The notes beneath the pieces were generated by a model. The model saw only the letters and a program-made list of their open reading frames with translations. It was not told where the DNA came from and searched no databases. The position numbers were made by a program, and so were the translations under genes. DNA of 63,465 bases, the filler included, from Globobulimina sp. (taxonomy: Eukaryota): NCBI GenBank assembly GCA_003354225.1. It is 19 parts of 19 records of this genome, joined end to end, with 100 filler letters (N's around TTAATTAATTAA, not from the genome) between each part and the next. Parts side by side here need not be neighbours in the genome. Positions count along the whole stretch, not along the records: positions 60,224 to 63,465 come from PIVH01003328.1; 18 more parts are not named here. The stretch is one strand, 5' to 3'. The stretch's first letter is position 1. Each line of letters starts with the position of its first letter. Positions 61,667 to 63,465 of the stretch are shown here, piece after piece.

Positions 61667-61726
61667 TTTTGAAAAGTGAGAGGTTTTTTTATTTTTATTT
61701 TGCTAAATTACTTAGACCATCAGACC

Positions 61727-62934
61727 ATGTCTTTCATGCGAACATTAACTGTAATAACCCGGCGGTTGAAACGAAAATTTATACCGTCATTATTAAAAAA
61801 AAAATATTCAACACCTCATAGATATCGGGCACAATCGAGAATCATTTGCACAAATAAACGCATGATGAATAGAATGGGGTGGCAGATGTGCACAAACTCG
61901 AAGAATCATCCAAATGAAAAGAAAAAGAATACTCCATTAATGCCAGAATTTCGAGATATTCGTCATTGGGATAAGTTTGAATGGATATTGTCTGGGGCGC
62001 ATATGATTCAATTTATAGGTTTTTTATCCTATGATTACACATTGTTACGTCTGTTATCATTGTCCTCTGCCTTTGGATTAATGATAGCTCATACTGGAAG
62101 GAAATTTTTTGTTGGATGGTTTTGGGCATTTTCGTTTTTCTCTGCGAATCTGGTTACATTATATTTGATTTTGAGAGAGAAATATTCATTAAATTTAAGG
62201 TATTGTTAATCTTAATTTTTATTGTGACTATGTCTTATATGAAATTGTTGTGCATTTGCTTAAATTAAAGAGGATTGACCGAAGAAGAATCATTTGTTTA
62301 TGAAACGTTTTTTAAACCATTTGCTATCTCGCCATTAGAATATAAAAATGTGTTGAAAATAGGCCAATTTGTTACAATGAGCCGAGGTGAAACCTTGACA
62401 GTGAATGGATTGCTAAGCGACAAAGTATATTTGCTGTTGTCTGGGCAATGTGTGGTATTAAATGACGACAATGCTGCAGTCGGCATACTATGTGGTGGCA
62501 ATCAAAAGAGTTTTATTGGCGAAATCGCACTGATTGATGACACACAATACGCCGCAACGGCGACAGTACAAACAAGCTCAGAGGATTCGCGTTTATTATA
62601 TTGGAATGTGGCGACGTTAAAGAAAATTTTAAAAAATTCAAAAGCAGAGTTTCGAGTGAAATTAATCAATGTTTTTACAACTTCAATGAAGAGAAAATTA
62701 ATGGATTCCAATGCAAATTTTAATGTTGAAAAATCGATTGAATTCAAGCAAAACAATTTGGAATCAATTGTACAAATGTTGCTAATATCAAAAGGTAAAT
62801 CCATAAATGAGCATGAAAAAGGCATTCAACTTACTGTCGACGAACGGGTATTTTTGACTGAATATGTTAAACTAAAACAAATTAGTGCTGTTTTTACCGC
62901 TAATTTAATGAGAAAATATCATATCAATTTGTAG
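61727..62934 (+). CDS. Popeye-domain (cyclic-nucleotide-binding) membrane protein with basic N-terminal presequence, 2 exons
   Basis: Three TM helices (FLSYDYTLLRLLSL...WFWAFSFFSANLVTL); intron 62200-62270 gives LR|GLTEEESFVYETFFKPFAISPLEYKNVL; CNB fold GETLTVNG..DKVYLLLSG..FIGEI..ATATV. Confidence 0.8.
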
Positions 62935-63289
62935 ATACTAGCAATTTAGATGTGTTGTTTATATGTTAGAATTCTACAACATAACTTGAAGACGAGTGTG
63001 CATTATTTCCTTTAATTTGATAATCAACAAAATAATTTCTTTTCATTTCATTCAATTCAAAATTCATCATCACAACGGAAGTATTAAACGACATGAACTG
63101 TTTTTATTTGCGACCAAAAACCTACCTAAGCAGTGACAAGATGATGCTTATATTACTTAGCAGTGTGGTTCCTTTTGTGATTGGAGTTAGTCCGCCATCT
63201 GAATTCAGCACAGAATGTAAATTCATGACTGTAGTTGGTCAGAACACTGATACATGGCCAATTGACGTTTGTTATCGTACTGAAATTGA

Positions 63290-63465
63290 TGCAGGCGTCG
63301 GTATCGCACCGCGGCAGCACCATCCGGTAGAAGGCACGACGCAGATAGATTCCGATGAAGCCCGCGAGAGCCGCGGCACTGGTAAAGGACTCGGAGAAGA
63401 TCTCGAGATAGAGAAACTGAATCAGGAAGAGCGAGAAGATCATGCCGACGACGGAGAGGGCGAGC
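63290..63465 (-). other. GC-rich bacterial-like membrane protein fragment at contig end
   Basis: LALSVVGMIFSLFLIQFLYLEIFSESFTSAAALAGFIGIYLRR with G/C-ending codons; sharp composition change from the AT-rich flank. Confidence 0.65.

Overview
This is not one continuous locus. It is a pseudo-scaffold of 19 unrelated contigs (about 3.24-3.25 kb each, in decreasing length), joined by 18 identical 100-nt linkers (44 N + TTAATTAATTAA + 44 N), so nothing can be inferred from adjacency across linkers. Most contigs come from an AT-rich, gene-dense eukaryote with short (about 55-120 nt) spliceosomal introns and the standard genetic code. The gene-family repertoire suggests a foraminiferan or other rhizarian (inference). 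Recognisable genes include DDX23/Prp28, Skp1, TPPP/p25alpha, a SUN-domain protein, a Deltex-like WWE-RING, an MFSD1-like transporter, a GT77 glycosyltransferase, a G8/parallel-beta-helix protein, a sulfatase, an amidohydrolase, two tandem-PH proteins, SAM, Kelch and SPRY proteins, and a frameshifted APE-RT non-LTR retrotransposon. Several contigs are chimeric with foreign DNA: bacterial-like fragments and an intron-rich WDR75/UTP17 gene from another eukaryote. The most striking candidate novelty is a ~925-950 aa protein with an N-myristoylation-type start and a globin-like domain fused directly to a C-terminal RGS domain, a possible gas/redox-sensing regulator of G-protein signalling. Other highlights are a Popeye-domain protein with a mitochondrial-type presequence, a bacterial-type lactonase with a PTS1-like end, very compact head-to-head gene pairs, frequent GTT splice donors, and two cryptic pseudogenes (DOT1-like and BCCT). 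All family assignments come from motif recognition by eye; no searches were run.
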